A DNA stretch of 64,000 nt from Phoronis australis (lineage: Eukaryota > Animalia > Phoronida). Location of the stretch: the NCBI GenBank assembly GCA_002633005.1, contig NMRA01000040.1, positions 865,805 through 929,804 on the forward strand, in the 5' to 3' direction. The notes under the pieces were generated by a model. That model had not been told where the DNA came from, did no database searches, and worked only from the letters and a program-made list of their open reading frames with translations. The translations under genes and the position numbers were made by a program. Below are positions 12,740 to 25,831 of this stretch, one piece after another (within the stretch, counting starts at the first letter, position 1; each line of letters opens with the position of its first letter).

Positions 12740-13291
12740 CTGCATTCCAGGGATACCTGTTGCTTTTGTTATTATTAATAGAATAATCTTTAAATGTCTG
12801 TGCGATGAGTCATCTAAAGGAATCCCGCTAAGCCCAGGTCACCTTGGTGACGTAACGCCCCCAAACTCAATAGATTTCGTGGTGACGTCACATGAGGACC
12901 CCCAGCAAATAGGAGTGTAGGTCATGCTTCGTAATAACCCTGACCTGAGATTCATGCGCGGTTTGTGAAGAATAATGTTCTAAATTATTGTTGACGTCTT
13001 TCAATTCGATGAATGAATATAAAATGATTCCAAAATATCACATACAGCACGTGAGATTGTTTATCGAACTAACCATTCCTTCATTTTCCAAGTTGGATGG
13101 AGCCTGTCGTAGCGCATGTGTACAATCACATTTCCGGAAGTGAATAGCCAAGTTGAAAAACTTTCGTGTTGTTTTCGGAGTGGTTCAAGTCCCTGGATTT
13201 TAACCTCAATTTCAACAGATCGAGGAAGCGGAATAAAATTTTCGGTGAGAGGATCCTTTGGGACAAAGGACAGACAGCTTGGTGATTCAAA
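12740..13291 (+). promoter_or_regulatory. Putative YAP proximal promoter / 5' UTR
   Basis: Directly upstream of ATG 13292. CRE TGACGTCA (12883), TGACGTAA (12848), E-box CACGTG (13048), ETS CCGGAAGTG (13134), MCAT CATTCC (12743, 13074). The TSS cannot be placed from sequence. Confidence 0.45.
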
Positions 13292-13716
13292 ATGTCCGGC
13301 CCACGGGCGGAACAAGCTCCAAAACTTGGCAATCAAGTGGTCCATGTTCGCGAAGGTAGCGATGTGGCCATGCAACAACTTTTCGAAATTGGACTGGATC
13401 CTCAAAAAGGAGAAACTCTGAACCCGATACCGTTCAGTAAACGGAATCTGCCACCATCTTTTTTCAAACCACCGGACCCTCGAGGACACAGTCGAGAAGG
13501 GAGTGCGGATTCGACTCATTTTACCGCTGGAGGTTTGCCCATCAGTCATATCCGGGCCCACTCCTCGCCTGCTACGCTACAAGCCTCACTCTCAGCTGCT
13601 CCGCCAAACCCTCCCTCACACATGAGAACACAGAGTTATGACATTGTTGATGACATGCCACTGCCTCCGGGGTGGGAAATAGCTAAAACAAATACTGGAC
13701 AGAAATATTTTTTAAA
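13292..13716 (+). CDS. YAP1: YAP/Yorkie coding exon 1: TEAD-binding domain, four HxRxxS sites, N-half of WW1
   Basis: VVHVREGSD..MQQLF..RNLPPSFFKPP, HSREGS, HIRAHSSP (14-3-3 site, S127 equivalent), HMRTQS, PLPPGWEIAKTNTGQKYFL. Donor AA|GTGAGT, phase 2. Confidence 0.97.
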
Positions 13717-13932
13717 GTGAGTATTTTGGTGACTTGTAGTCTGTAGGCCTAGCGTAGCTCTTGGAACCGGTTTGGTTCCCAGTGGCAGTGCCAGTGTCAT
13801 TGTACATACAGTAGAAAATCTGAAATCTTTGACCCACCTTGGTTGGACCTGTGCCAGTAAGTATTTGTGTGATCACATTGTGGGTCCCTTACCGAGAACC
13901 TGTCATGATGACTCCCTGCTTTAGTCAACACT

Positions 13933-14550
13933 TCTAAACAATGACCACCATCTCCAACTAACCCAACTAGCGACAGTAAAGCTGCTATACTGCCTATAGG
14001 TGCTTTATACGCTGGAAGCTTTTCGGTGAATTAGGCCTCACATTGACTGATTATTTATCAAAAGTCACGTTGGTATAAGTACCTTTTGTGTATAGAGAAA
14101 CACCTTTGGAAGCTGTCGATGTCTTTTATTCCTTCCAACTGTAGCACATACTCCCGTAATTAATTTTTTTCTTCAAGCAGTCCTTCATTTAGTTGCCCAG
14201 CAACTGGCAATTTTCACTGTGTGTGCCATGCCAGGGAATATGACGTCATATCTCCTGGAGCGCTTGTGTTAAAACTGGCCAGAAGCTGATCTGGGCAACT
14301 GAATGAAAGACTGCTCAAAGAAAAAGTTTGATTACTGAAGTATTTTTTGAGTTGGAAGGAATTAAAGACATCGACAAGCTTCCTAAGGTGTTTTTTTGTA
14401 TACAAAAGGTACTTGTATAATACCAACATGACTTTGATGTTGTAATCAGTTTGAGGCATAATTCGCCAAAAAGCTTCCAGTGCATAAAATGCATACAGGA
14501 GTTTCACCGTCTCTAGTTAGGTCAGCTAGAGGCAGTGGTCACTGTCTACA
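13933..14550. repeat. ~600-bp imperfect foldback (palindromic MITE) in YAP intron 1
   Basis: Arms pair along their length: GCTGGAAGCTTTTCGG/GCCAAAAAGCTTCCAG, TGTCGATGTCTTTTATTCCTTCCAACT/AGTTGGAAGGAATTAAAGACATCGACA, AGTTGCCCAG/CTGGGCAACT. Centre near 14240. Confidence 0.8.
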
Positions 14551-15949
14551 CTTCTGGTAGGCTGTGTACATCCTAATCAATCTTGTACGTTGGAAGATTT
14601 TCTTCAAATTATGCCCCGACTAAACTTTGAAAGTCATATTATTGTGACCTTTCAAATGTAGCTGGACACCTATGGAGACAATAGGAGTATCCTTTCCACA
14701 ATCAAGATTTTTCTTGAATAGTTCTTCATTCTGTCAAAGAAATTGTGAACTGAGTCATTTCTGTTGTGATTGCATCACTAGATCTCTACAAGTATGGTAC
14801 TCGTGTAAATTTTACAATCACATCGAGGTCGACCTCCATCAATCATCGCACTACATTGGTGGTCTGCCAGTATTGTTACTTGTGTACCTGGACAAAATGG
14901 CATTTCTCAATGATTTCGTTGATGAATATGAAAGTCTTTATTACCGAAATATTTGTTAGAGGATTTAAAGACGTCGATATCCTCCAAAGGTGTCCTTCTA
15001 TGCTCGATAGGTATTTATAGCTATGTGGCTTTAGTGGTTTAGTCAGTGTGAGACATGATTCCCCAGAGTATGGATGATTTATGAGATGGCCACCATCAGG
15101 CAGCTTTGGGTCAAGTTCAGTTGGTAAGACTGCCTAGCACTTAACTAATGCATAAAACTAACTAACCACTGACCAGCAGTATATGTTGTGGCAACAGTCC
15201 CTTTTTGTTACTCCTTGCAAACCAGGTCAGTGGAACTGGTTTTCAAAATCAGGAACTATGGAACTGTAACTAATATAATTTAACATCACTTCCACTTGGA
15301 TTTAAACTCGCGGCCTTTCTAGTCGCCAGGTTTACAATAGTCCCTTTTAAACTGCACAGTTACATTCTGTTTATCAGGGTGATACATGTTGTATTCTGTG
15401 ATGGCTGTTAAGGTCATCATCCTACTGTCTATTAGCTGTAGTGAAGTAAACCCAGTGATGACTACAAAACGCAGAGAATTGATTAAAGCAAAAGAGATAA
15501 TGACACTCAACACATATTGCTAGGGACTAAACTATTGTTGACTATGCTTTCCTTTAAGGTTACAAGTAAGTAAGACTACCATTCCAGTGTGGTAATCGCA
15601 AGCTAATAATGTTGATGTTGTGATTGGGATTAATGTCTACACTTCCCAAAATCCATCTACTCTTAAGTCGCTTTTTGATAATTGGGAAAGGTTAACTCTG
15701 GTAGTTAATCTGCAAGCAAAACTTAAAGCTTAAAATAGAGGAAAAAATGTAATTTATATATTAAAAGGGTCATTTCGTTATTTTCGCGTGAATTAAGTTT
15801 GATGGCATTTGTACGGCAGGTCAGTCGGAGGTTATAATTTTTTCATCGTGTACTACGGTATGTCTCATTTACTGTTTACTGCTCTGTCGAATATACTTTG
15901 AGAGTGCCGCTTCAACTTCCGCATTGGCAACTAGCATTAGGGGTATGGT

Positions 15950-16251
15950 AGGCTGGGGAACGGCAAATCCTTTGAACTTCTAGGGTAAGTTGCGCCACTT
16001 GTAATCACTGTGTGGCTGCAAACTTGGGGCAAGACGAAAGTAATTATCAGCTGCGACATACAGACGAGTCTTCTTTTGCATGCCGTGTTATCTCCAGCTG
16101 TACGTTGTCATGCACAGAGCGGCAACTTGCACCTTACCCAAGTTTTCGTATGTATGTACGTGCATGTGTGCATGCGTGTGGACGCTCCACTTAAAAGTGG
16201 ATTAAGTTGCACTTATGCTAGTTGTTGGGTAGTTTGTGTGTGAACGGGACT
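15950..16251. mobile_element. Harbinger-like MITE fragment, inverted relative to 17346-17780
   Basis: Ends GTGTGAACGGGACT. CTCCACTTAAAAGTGG and TTGTAATCACTGTGTGGC are reverse-complement matches to the 17346 copy. Left boundary uncertain. Confidence 0.45.
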
Positions 16252-17345
16252 TAAGTGACTCTTCGTAACAGGTTACCAGGTAATTGTTATGAAGGCAATC
16301 AATTTATTATTGTTTATGCTAGAATTTGGAGGCTGTTTTAAGATCTGACATTTTTAAGTGTATTGGTGACTGAGATGGACATTTGAGTGCCCTAAATGAT
16401 TTTGTGATTCACGAGGACAAAATCTGGCAAAGTCAGGTGATGCTTGTGATAGAGTGCCAGTCAATAACCCACTTGGAATATTAATCACTGCAATGAAGTA
16501 AAACTGTTTTGTTACAAATCATTAATGTTTCAAATTTCCTGAAAAATAACACCATAGGTTTTACATTATGTCCTAGAAGCAAAGTGACATTCATTAGCTT
16601 GCTCTGGACTTACTTGGAACTTGTGGTCCATGCACTAATTCCCACCTCTGACCATAGTTGGTGGATAATTGACATGGAGGTTTCAGGGTCATGACTGGTG
16701 CATGGATGTGTTAATCCAGGTCACTGGCATAAAAGCTGGACATCAGGTCTCTACATTAATTTTTCATAAATATCACTATCCTGTGTCAGTGCAGAAAGGG
16801 ATTCAGGTGGATTTATGGAGTGACAAATGTCACTACTCACTACTATTGTAAAGCATAGAGCTAGTTACCATTGTAATCTCTCATGTTTTGCAAGTCCAAT
16901 TTTATATAAAACCTTTTTATACGCCATCTTGTGATTACTTCGATGACAACAGCATCGCCTACCATTTACTTCAATGCTGTTAAGTACCGAAGCTGTTATG
17001 AACGATTCAATTAACTTCGCAGTTTACATCGACGCTTCGCTTATAAGTTGGTATGAATGAGGGTTTAGGCTGATGCTATTTCCTTGAGGTAAGTACATCA
17101 GGGTCTTGAACCTGGAACCAAGAGATGCAGGCATGATTTCTAAGATGGGGATTTTAGTGTTTGGTGAAGGGGTTATTTTTTTGGAAAAAATTGCAATATT
17201 CTTGGCCTGTGTCAAATCTGATCTTTTTCATTTAGATGATCCCTTCTGCCTTGCCCATATTTCGAGTTAAGACATATAGTTGACAAGAACTAGATGATCA
17301 GCTGCAAGTTGCTCTATCTCACAAACGGGTGAAAAAAGCTTTTTC

Positions 17346-17780
17346 GGTCCTGTTTACACATATACTTTTGTTGGATCATCTCGTTCCATGTCAACTTTTG
17401 TTGTGTAAACGACACAGTACCCCACTTTTAAGTGGAGCATCCACATACACACACATCTGATAATTGAGGTAAAGCAGAAACTATCTGCTCTGTGCTTGAC
17501 AATGAAACCTAATGCCAATAAGTCACACTAGAGGAAACCCGTCTGTATGTAACCGCAGCTAATAATTACTTCTGCCCCACCCCACTTTTGTGGCCACATA
17601 GCGATTACAAGTGCGCAAGTTACCCTAGAACAAGTTACCCTACCTCGAAAAGGTGGAGTAAGTTGTCACAAGACCGGTAAGTTGCACTAGGTTAAATAGC
17701 GTCCAGACAGCACTCAAACCTTGCAACAAGTCGTTCCAGGAATAACTTGTTCTAGGGTAAGTTTATGTGTGAACGGCACT
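17346..17780. mobile_element. Harbinger-like MITE
   Basis: Imperfect TIRs GGTCCTGTTTACACATA / TATGTGTGAACGGCACT. Confidence 0.5.
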
Positions 17781-19875
17781 TTTAAGTATATGAGAACCTA
17801 TCGTTATATCATTTGTAAGAGTCCTCACTACATTACAGGAGCCAAATATATGAGAATGTTAAAAAAGCACATGGGGTGTGCCTCTATCCAGAGAATCACT
17901 TTCTAGCATGATTTTACTGGAAGGGTTGAAGTATAGTCACATTTGCTTAATTCTGCATATAAGCATATTCGAATATAGGCGCATGAGCCTAAAGTATGCC
18001 CACATAACTCTGAGCATTTTTTCTCGCAAGCTGTATTAAATTTTCTTTCCGGTAAACACATTTCTTTTCTCACAATCCACATTTTTCTTGTACATGCTAT
18101 TATGTTCAGTGGTACTTAGTGGTTTTTGGTGTCCTTGTGGAGCTATGGAACTCTGGTTTGTGCAATGTTTGTTTTTAAAATAGAGCAGTGATGGTAATAA
18201 ACTAATGCAACAACTGTGTGTGGGAGAAAAGAATGATGTTATTTAAAACTCTGTTCGTGACTAAGATTGGCTACCCTGTTCTTTTTGAACTTTTGATATC
18301 AAATTTTTCTTTTCATTTGTTTATTGTCTTGAGACATGTTGTTCCATGATCTCAGGTGCCCTGTAACCATCACCGTGTTTTATTGTATCTGGCGATATTG
18401 TGGCGATATTGTGTATTTTCATTTCCAGTAGTATACATATAGATTATTACATGGCGAAGTCGTTATCCCCCGTTATCTAGAGCCCGAGTGGATTAAAAAT
18501 TGGCCTGGTAGTTTAAACAAAAAGCCAATTTTTGTATCGGTATGTCAAGGTAAATTGTACCTTACAACTTTAATGAAAACTTCTGGACTTTTCTAGAACA
18601 AACTTAAGTATTTCATTCTGTGGTATCAGCTTTTACACTGAGACCTCGAGTAGACTTTATGGTCCTTCATTATCCCATCAAATATTATTTAAGCATGATT
18701 CATCGTTCTATTTTACACTGCTGGTGTTTTCTTTCTTTTGTCATGAGTATAGGCAAAAGGGTACTCTATAGACAGAAGAACTATTTTCTCAATGATATGA
18801 CTTGATAGGACTCCCCAGATCTCTATCCTGAATCTGTAAGATGATTTTAAAATTGAGTTTAAGGTTGCTGTAGGCATCGTGCCACCATACTAGTTCTGCC
18901 GAAAATTGTCGCAATTTGTTGCTGTCTGTAATATCCATTCCCATGACACTGCAACAAGATCTTGACCAATTTGTACCAATCATTAGGAACACTAAGAAAC
19001 GTGACAGAAAGTACAAAATTCTTGTACATGCTTGAAAGTCCATGTCTTTATTGTGGGATTTGTATAATACAAAAACCTTAGAATTTGGGCTTCGAACTAG
19101 CTGGTTCTTCCAAAAATTGAAACTCGTTACATTTGTTTTCAAACTACGCAAGTAAGCCAAACTCATCAGGATGACATTTAAACTCAGTAGTTCAAGGAGT
19201 AAAACAAGTTGTGGAGAACATTGGAATCCATTGTCATTAATAACACTTTCACACTAACATCCGTGCTTTGATGATGTTAAGGGAACCATTGGTCAGTGAG
19301 AATACTTTAAAAAGTTTGGTCAGCTATTTATGTTTAAAAATTACACAAACTTCAAACTTGGAAATTTAAAAATGCAGCACTACTTTCCGTTCATCTTGCC
19401 AATAATAAGCAAGTTGATGTTGGTTAATTACTGAAGCTAATATAACATAGCTGTTTACATTGACGTACCGCTTTGTGGATTTAGTGTGAGAAAAGTCCCT
19501 CTAAGTTGAGTTCCTTGTAATCAACCAGCAGCGTCTTGCATAATTTATTCAAATATGTTATTATTGCCATTTGTGTTAAAACCATTCTCAATTATTACCA
19601 TTTTCACATGTGTACAAAGTTTCCTTCCAACCTTAACTTGTACAAGAATATTATGAAAATTCGTTAATTTTGGATAAAAATAAGTGCTATACTGTCCAGG
19701 GTGCTTAATCGGGTGGAAAGTGTGAGGTCACCTTACTACATGGGCGGTGCACCATAGGGGGCTGGGGGCTGGCGTCTAGCCCCCACTTATTTTAGTGCTG
19801 CGTTGCCCATATACTAAGGTTGTCTTGGAGATTCTGCCATCTTGGTTCTAATTCTTGCCACTTCTCTACGGGAAA

Positions 19876-20684
19876 CAGGGCTTTATCCAGGATATCGAAA
19901 GAAGGTAGGGTGTCCAAAATGGGGTTCCCTATATTCCAGGGCGTCCATGATTCCAATGACTTGTAACCCCCACCTCCGTTCACCAGCAATCCCCCACACA
20001 CTCAGTGAGTTTTTTATATAAAAATGCATAGACCAAGGCTTTTACATCTAAGTTTACAAAAACAGCCCTCTGTAGTGAGCCTTTTTACTGAAAAAACTGG
20101 ACCAAGACTTCTACATCTAAAAACAGCCAAGTAGCTTACCAAACCAATATTTATTGGTTGAATGATTAGTGCTCTATGTTTTTGGTGATCTCCAGTCAAA
20201 TTGATGTTATAAAGTTTATCATATTATCTTAACTAGCTTATATTGTGTAAAATGAGTCACCAGAGTTGTAATGACAAAACTAGAAAAATGCACGTATGTG
20301 TGTTTTATATTTTGGCAACAGGTGTCACTACTGTTCCATATTAAAACCTTAAAAGAGACATTGAAAACCATGAAACGGGTGCAAACTCAACAATTTTAAA
20401 TGGGTGTATTCTTGTGGCACAGTATACTATTAAAATAATGACATTGTATATTTCTTACTGAGTTGAAAAAAGAGCCAGCTCTGTAAGATCACTTCTCTCT
20501 TTAGCTATGCGTCGTTTATGGACTCGGCTTCCTAGTAATCATTACAATGTGTGTGTTCGTACTTTAAAAGTTCCGATTGACAGTGGACGTCCAAATGATA
20601 CATTGGGCGTCCTTGCCAGGGCGTCCAGATTAGTGCTAGGGCGTTCATTTGTACTCCCAGGACCTACGCTGCATAAAGGCCGTG
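19876..20684. mobile_element. hAT-like MITE (family shared with 28908-29366)
   Basis: TIRs CAGGGCTTTATCCAG / CTGCATAAAGGCCGTG. Shares GGGTGTCCAAAATGG and GGGCGTCCAGATTAGTGCTAGGG with the 28908 copy. Confidence 0.7.
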
Positions 20685-21150
20685 AAATTACAGTTTGTCA
20701 GAATTGGAACTGGAAAATCAACAGTTGAACTCTCCTTTTAGAACATACATGGTTAATTTGCTCGTCTATATGGTTCACAGGTCCAGTGACACGAGCTTCA
20801 GATTTTAAAAAGATAAATTTGTTGAATTAAGTGGGTTTTAACTATAATGTTAGTGAAAGGGAATAAGCCAGCGCCATATTGTTCGTTTCCAATTTGGAGT
20901 AGTTGCTAGGAGTGTGACGTAATTTCTTTCCGACACTATTAGGAACTCTATTCCCTAAAAATTTCTGCATTTTGACAGCATTCATACCACTCTGTCACAT
21001 TCTGCAATGCACAACAAAAGACAGACAATTGCGCAATGTTAAGGAATGAAAGAGTTTTATGTGTTATGTATGTTTTTTGCCTATTAGATGACAGCAGGAA
21101 TCCCAGTATTAATGAAAAATCTATGATAGTTCAAGAGAGAACTGTTTTCC

Positions 21151-22123
21151 CATAGACATCGCATAGACCGGGCACGCGCCACTCAAATACATGCAGCTCG
21201 TGTTGTCGATATGACGCCATATTGGAGAGTGCTACACATAACAAAAATGGCGGAAAACAATGGTAGCTCTACGGCATCAGTCAGGAAATGCGGGGGCTCA
21301 CAGTGTTATGCCTGCAGCCAAAGAGTTAAGTTTTTTGGTCCTGCTATTGAGTCATGGGTTTTTTGGTTCGGCAATGGAGTTCAGTGGTGCTGCAACTAGG
21401 TTTTTATGTTCTGCCAACATAGTTTAAGTGGAGCGACTATGCGTTGTTTCCACATCAGTCTTGGTGATTGAAAAAATATAAGATCAATTGAAAAGATAAT
21501 TATTGACCAGCATATGCTGTTATCCAATGAAGATGCTGTTTGCTAATTGTATTTAAGTAAATATTTGGTATTAATGACAATCACATGTATTTTTACTTGT
21601 ACTGAACAATTACATCCCCGAACTTACTCGCCAGCCATCGAAATCAGTACATCTAAGTGAATAGTTTATTTTCTAGTGAAATATATACTGCTTTAAGAAC
21701 TAATTAATTTCTTAATGTATTCCAAAACCAGATGTTTTCTGTTGTATCAAAACAAACAAATCCCTGCAAAATCTGTACTTATGTCAAAGTTGGTATTCGA
21801 AATTTTGTAGATTTGCATTGCTTGCATACGAGCTCTCTGTTTTGTGATGAAACTTGCGCAAAAAAGTAAAGTGCATAGTAACCAAAATATTAAACCTGTG
21901 TGACCGAATTGTGCATCTAACCTTTACCCAAAGTACAGAATTTCCCACTCGAAACCGAATGGAAATATACCCAACCGAGCCGATGTAGCATTAATTATGA
22001 CCCCGTGAAAAATGACTGAGGTTAATTTTTTCACAGAGTCTTAATTTAATGTGAAGAATTTTTAGCCCATCGAAAAAGACCCCTCATCCGTGAAAACCCG
22101 TCCCGTCATTATTCAACAGTTCC
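21151..22123 (+). mobile_element. CATAGACATC-terminated non-autonomous DNA transposon (partial copy)
   Basis: Colinear similarity with 41481-42436 over ~970 bp, e.g. GCAGCCAAAGAGTTAAGTTTTTTGGTCCTGC and CGCCAGCCATCGAAATCAGTACATCTAAGTGAATAG. Confidence 0.75.
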
Positions 22124-22913
22124 CGCGCAACGGGGTTGGGATAAGCAGACCGTGTGCATGAGAGAAGAATATATTTTAAATTTCTTGGCTGAGGGTTGCG
22201 CAGTATGTATATCAAGTTAAGGGCGGGTATGGATAGGCTGTCTCAGATCTGAGGTCCTCGGTGGTCTGCAGTTACTGTATGTGTCTGTCAGTTGTCGTAG
22301 GTTTCCAAGTGCGTCTCCTTGTCAGATCACATCTTATATTCAATCAAAAGAATTCAGTGTCAGAACAGGAAGCTTTTTCGAATATCGCAGGAATGCCAGT
22401 GGCATGCATAGTGCTATGTGCGACTTGTAAGGTTTCCTGGTCATAACTTATGAATTATTATCTGCAACTGTCGTAGCATCTGAAGCATTTTCCCCAATAA
22501 GTTCCACAAAATTTGGTAAAACACGGATTGTGGTATTTGTTGTTTTTGTGCAGTAACTTTTTTCCTTATTTCCGATTCCACAAAATATTGCGCCAGATTT
22601 TCCACAAAGGGTCTGGCATGAACGTACCTTTCGTCTTGATTTACATATTTTTACAATATAGTTAGTATTGCCTTTCATGTAATTTCTAAATGTTTTTCTT
22701 GTTTTTTCACCGATAAATTGATTGGTCAAACATAGACATTTAAAAGGGGAAATTTTGGAAATTTCATCGATGGGCACCAAGCTTGGAACATGGATGTTAA
22801 CACAACATTTTTCTATTACTAATACTCTGTTCATAAACTAGCATTTTAGTGAACACTCTCTAGTAGGAAAAACTCCATTTCATGTGAATGGTTACAAGAG
22901 TCACTTATGCTAG

Positions 22914-23051
22914 CAGTTCACTGGTGGTTTTAGCTTTACCCCAAAACTTATGGTGTTCTTGCCAGCACTTATGTAGCCAGACCAGTTCACTGGTGGTTTT
23001 AGCTTTACCCCAAAACTTATGGTGTTCTTGCCAGCACTTATGTAGCCAGAC
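22914..23051. repeat. Perfect 69-bp tandem duplication
   Basis: CAGTTCACTGGTGG...ATGTAGCCAGAC twice. Confidence 0.9.
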
Positions 23052-25259
23052 CGTTTAATCTAAGGGCACACATGGGCATGAGTAAGAGATCTTTGTTTAC
23101 CATGGCATTAATCAATTTATGGCAGAGAGTGAATGTGTTTTGACATCAGTTTTTGCTTACAAGTCAGTCTGACTCAAGGTGGTGAGGAAACGAACTAACT
23201 GCTGGTGAAAACGACCCCTTTGTGTGGACACCTCCTCTGTCTGGCTTAAATGATTGCGTTCTGGCTAGTGTTCTGCCAAGCCTTTATTTTGGTCTGAAAT
23301 GGGCACCATTCTACGTTACTACAAATGCTAAAACAATTTCACATGTTTGATGACAACTGTGCTGCACAAGTCATACTGAAAGTAAAGTTTTAAGTATGAA
23401 AAGTTAATTTTGTTAAGAAACAATGACCAAATGAAAATTCACTTGTCTGCCATGTACTATGTGCAACTTTGAAGAGCCTTTACCGTAATTAAGACATAGG
23501 CTTCTATGCTGGTGTTGGCTATCAGTACCTATATGGATATGAAAGAAAAACATTAAGGTAAAGCATTGGATTTTTTGTGTCACTATGTTGCAACAACAAA
23601 AGCATGTTAAGGCAGGAATCCTTGAGCCATTTCCCTAGATTATAGGTTTCATAATATTAGTACCCATGTGAAAATAGTGACAACGGGTGACTCGATATTC
23701 ACCAGGTTTGAGAGGTAGAACATGTTGCACTTGATCAATTGCTCCAGTGTCAACTACACATCTAATACAAATTAGGGCAAGGGGGAAGGGATCATCTCTA
23801 ATATGTTTGTGCAATAGTGTATATAGGGGTAATCTGCTGGCATTCTATATGGTCTGGACTTTCCCTATTGTTTATTTGAGCATGTGCAGACAAGTCTTTT
23901 TGAAATGACTCATAGGCAACCAGTTTGCAATCTCATGTTGTGTAAATGTGACTGAAGTGGAGCAACTCTTGCCTGTGCCATGTCAATTGTTCTTCGTGTA
24001 AAAATGACTCTAGTGAAGTTTGAGATCCCCATTGTGAGCAATCCATAACTGTGTAGAGATCATTACTGATGATGTGTGTGACTGTATCATTTTGATCAGT
24101 ACATTTTTCATGTTTCAAACGCATGTCTAAAAATAGAGGAAGTACTTGATTGACTGTACAAACGGGCTTGGTTTAAATTTGGATTTGAATGCATACATGA
24201 AATTCTGAAGTCAGTTTTGTTAGCTTTTCCTGTTCATTTGAGACAGTGACTTCAACAGTTCTTGTGGTGTTTTGTATCCTCCCCGCTAATACATAAATTG
24301 GAGCATCCCATACCTCATGCTGAATCCAGACTTAACCCAATCTTTAATCAAGCACTTTAAAGTGTGGAGTCTTAAAGTTTGGTACCTTTACTATGGGAAT
24401 CAGCTGTGAAGGTCAAGTTGTGTAGAGTAGGGTTTGTTTTTGTAATCTGGACTTGATGTGTTCTGAATGTAATCCCAGCTGTCTGCCTGTTGCATTGAAA
24501 GTTGAGAAAATACTATGTGAGTTTTATGTGCCTATATGCATGTATGGTAGGTTCATGTTGCTGAGATAATCAGCCAACCAGCTTTTGTCTGTCTTCCAAA
24601 CCACATGATGAATCCACCTATTTATGACTGGGGCTGTGCGTAATTTCTGATTTTTTTTCTGTGTAAGGTCTCATACTCTTAAAAGTGACCCCTTTGGTGA
24701 GAGTGTTGAGTTTTTTAACGAGTGGAATTTTTGGATTTATACAACAATGTCCCTGTTGAGAAGGTGAAAGTGGAGTGCTGTTTTGAGTGATGCCTTAGTC
24801 ACATATTGGGCCATGGGTGGGTGATTGATGTAGCATGATCTGGTGATCTTTTATCTGATCAGTAGTAGGGTCAACGTATGCCACAGTCACATTTATATAA
24901 TTTCTTACGCCATTCCTACTACACTTTAGAACTAAAAATTGTCACATCGGCGGCCATTCAGGTGATTATAACCAAGGGCATTGATGCACTCACTGTTGCT
25001 CAAAGTTAAAATTATTCCATTGAAGTACTTGACGCTTAGCTTGATGGCAAGTCACAATTAGCAACTTGGCGAAAATCCAGATCGCCAAATGAAATCTGAG
25101 GTCGCCAAAACTTGACATCGAAATCTTTGACTAAAGAACTTTAAAAAAGTTGTGGCATACCTTACTTTGTTTTCATAAAATTATGCATACCTCTTCAGTT
25201 TCTCCTTGTAAAAATATGCACCATTCAATCTTTAACTCAAAGAAGTCAAGACTGTAGGT

Positions 25260-25831
25260 GATTGTAACACTGGAGCCGTGTGTTTTATGGCCCATGATTG
25301 TAACACTGGAGCCATGTGTTTTATGGTCTGTGATTGTAACACTGGAGGCATGTGTTTTATGATCCATGATTGTAACACTGGAGCCATGTGTTTTATGGTC
25401 CATTATTGCAATACTGGAGGCATGTGTTTTATGGTCTGTGATTGTAACTCTGGACCCATGTGTTTTATGGTCCATGATTGTAACACTGGAGCCATGTGTT
25501 TTATGGTTCCATGATTGTAACACTGGAGCCATGTGTTATATGGTCTGTTATTGTAACACTGGAGGCATGTGCTTTATGGTCTGTGATTGTAACTCTGGAG
25601 CCATGTGTTTTATGGCCTGTGATTGTAACACTGGAGGCATGTGTTTTATGGTCTGTGATTGTAACACTGGAGCCATGTGTTTTATGGTCTTTGATTGTAA
25701 CACTGGAGGCTTGTGTTCTATGGTCCGTGATTGTAACACTGGACCATGTGTTTTATGGTCCATGATTGTAACACTGGAAGCATGTGTTTTATGGTCTGTG
25801 ATTGTAACTATGGAGCCATGTGTTTTATGGT
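25260..25831. repeat. 36-bp minisatellite, ~16 copies
   Basis: Unit GATTGTAACACTGGAG(C/G)CATGTGTTTTATGGTC(TGT/CAT). It accounts for the 12-aa-periodic ORFs on both strands. Confidence 0.95.

Noticed and set aside
13061-13561. 166-aa antisense ORF and 101-aa overlapping ORF at YAP exon 1
   Set aside because: Shadow frames of a GC-richer coding exon with no recognisable motifs.
25260-25831. CRISPR-like array
   Set aside because: Units are contiguous with no unique spacers, there are no cas genes, and the context is eukaryotic.
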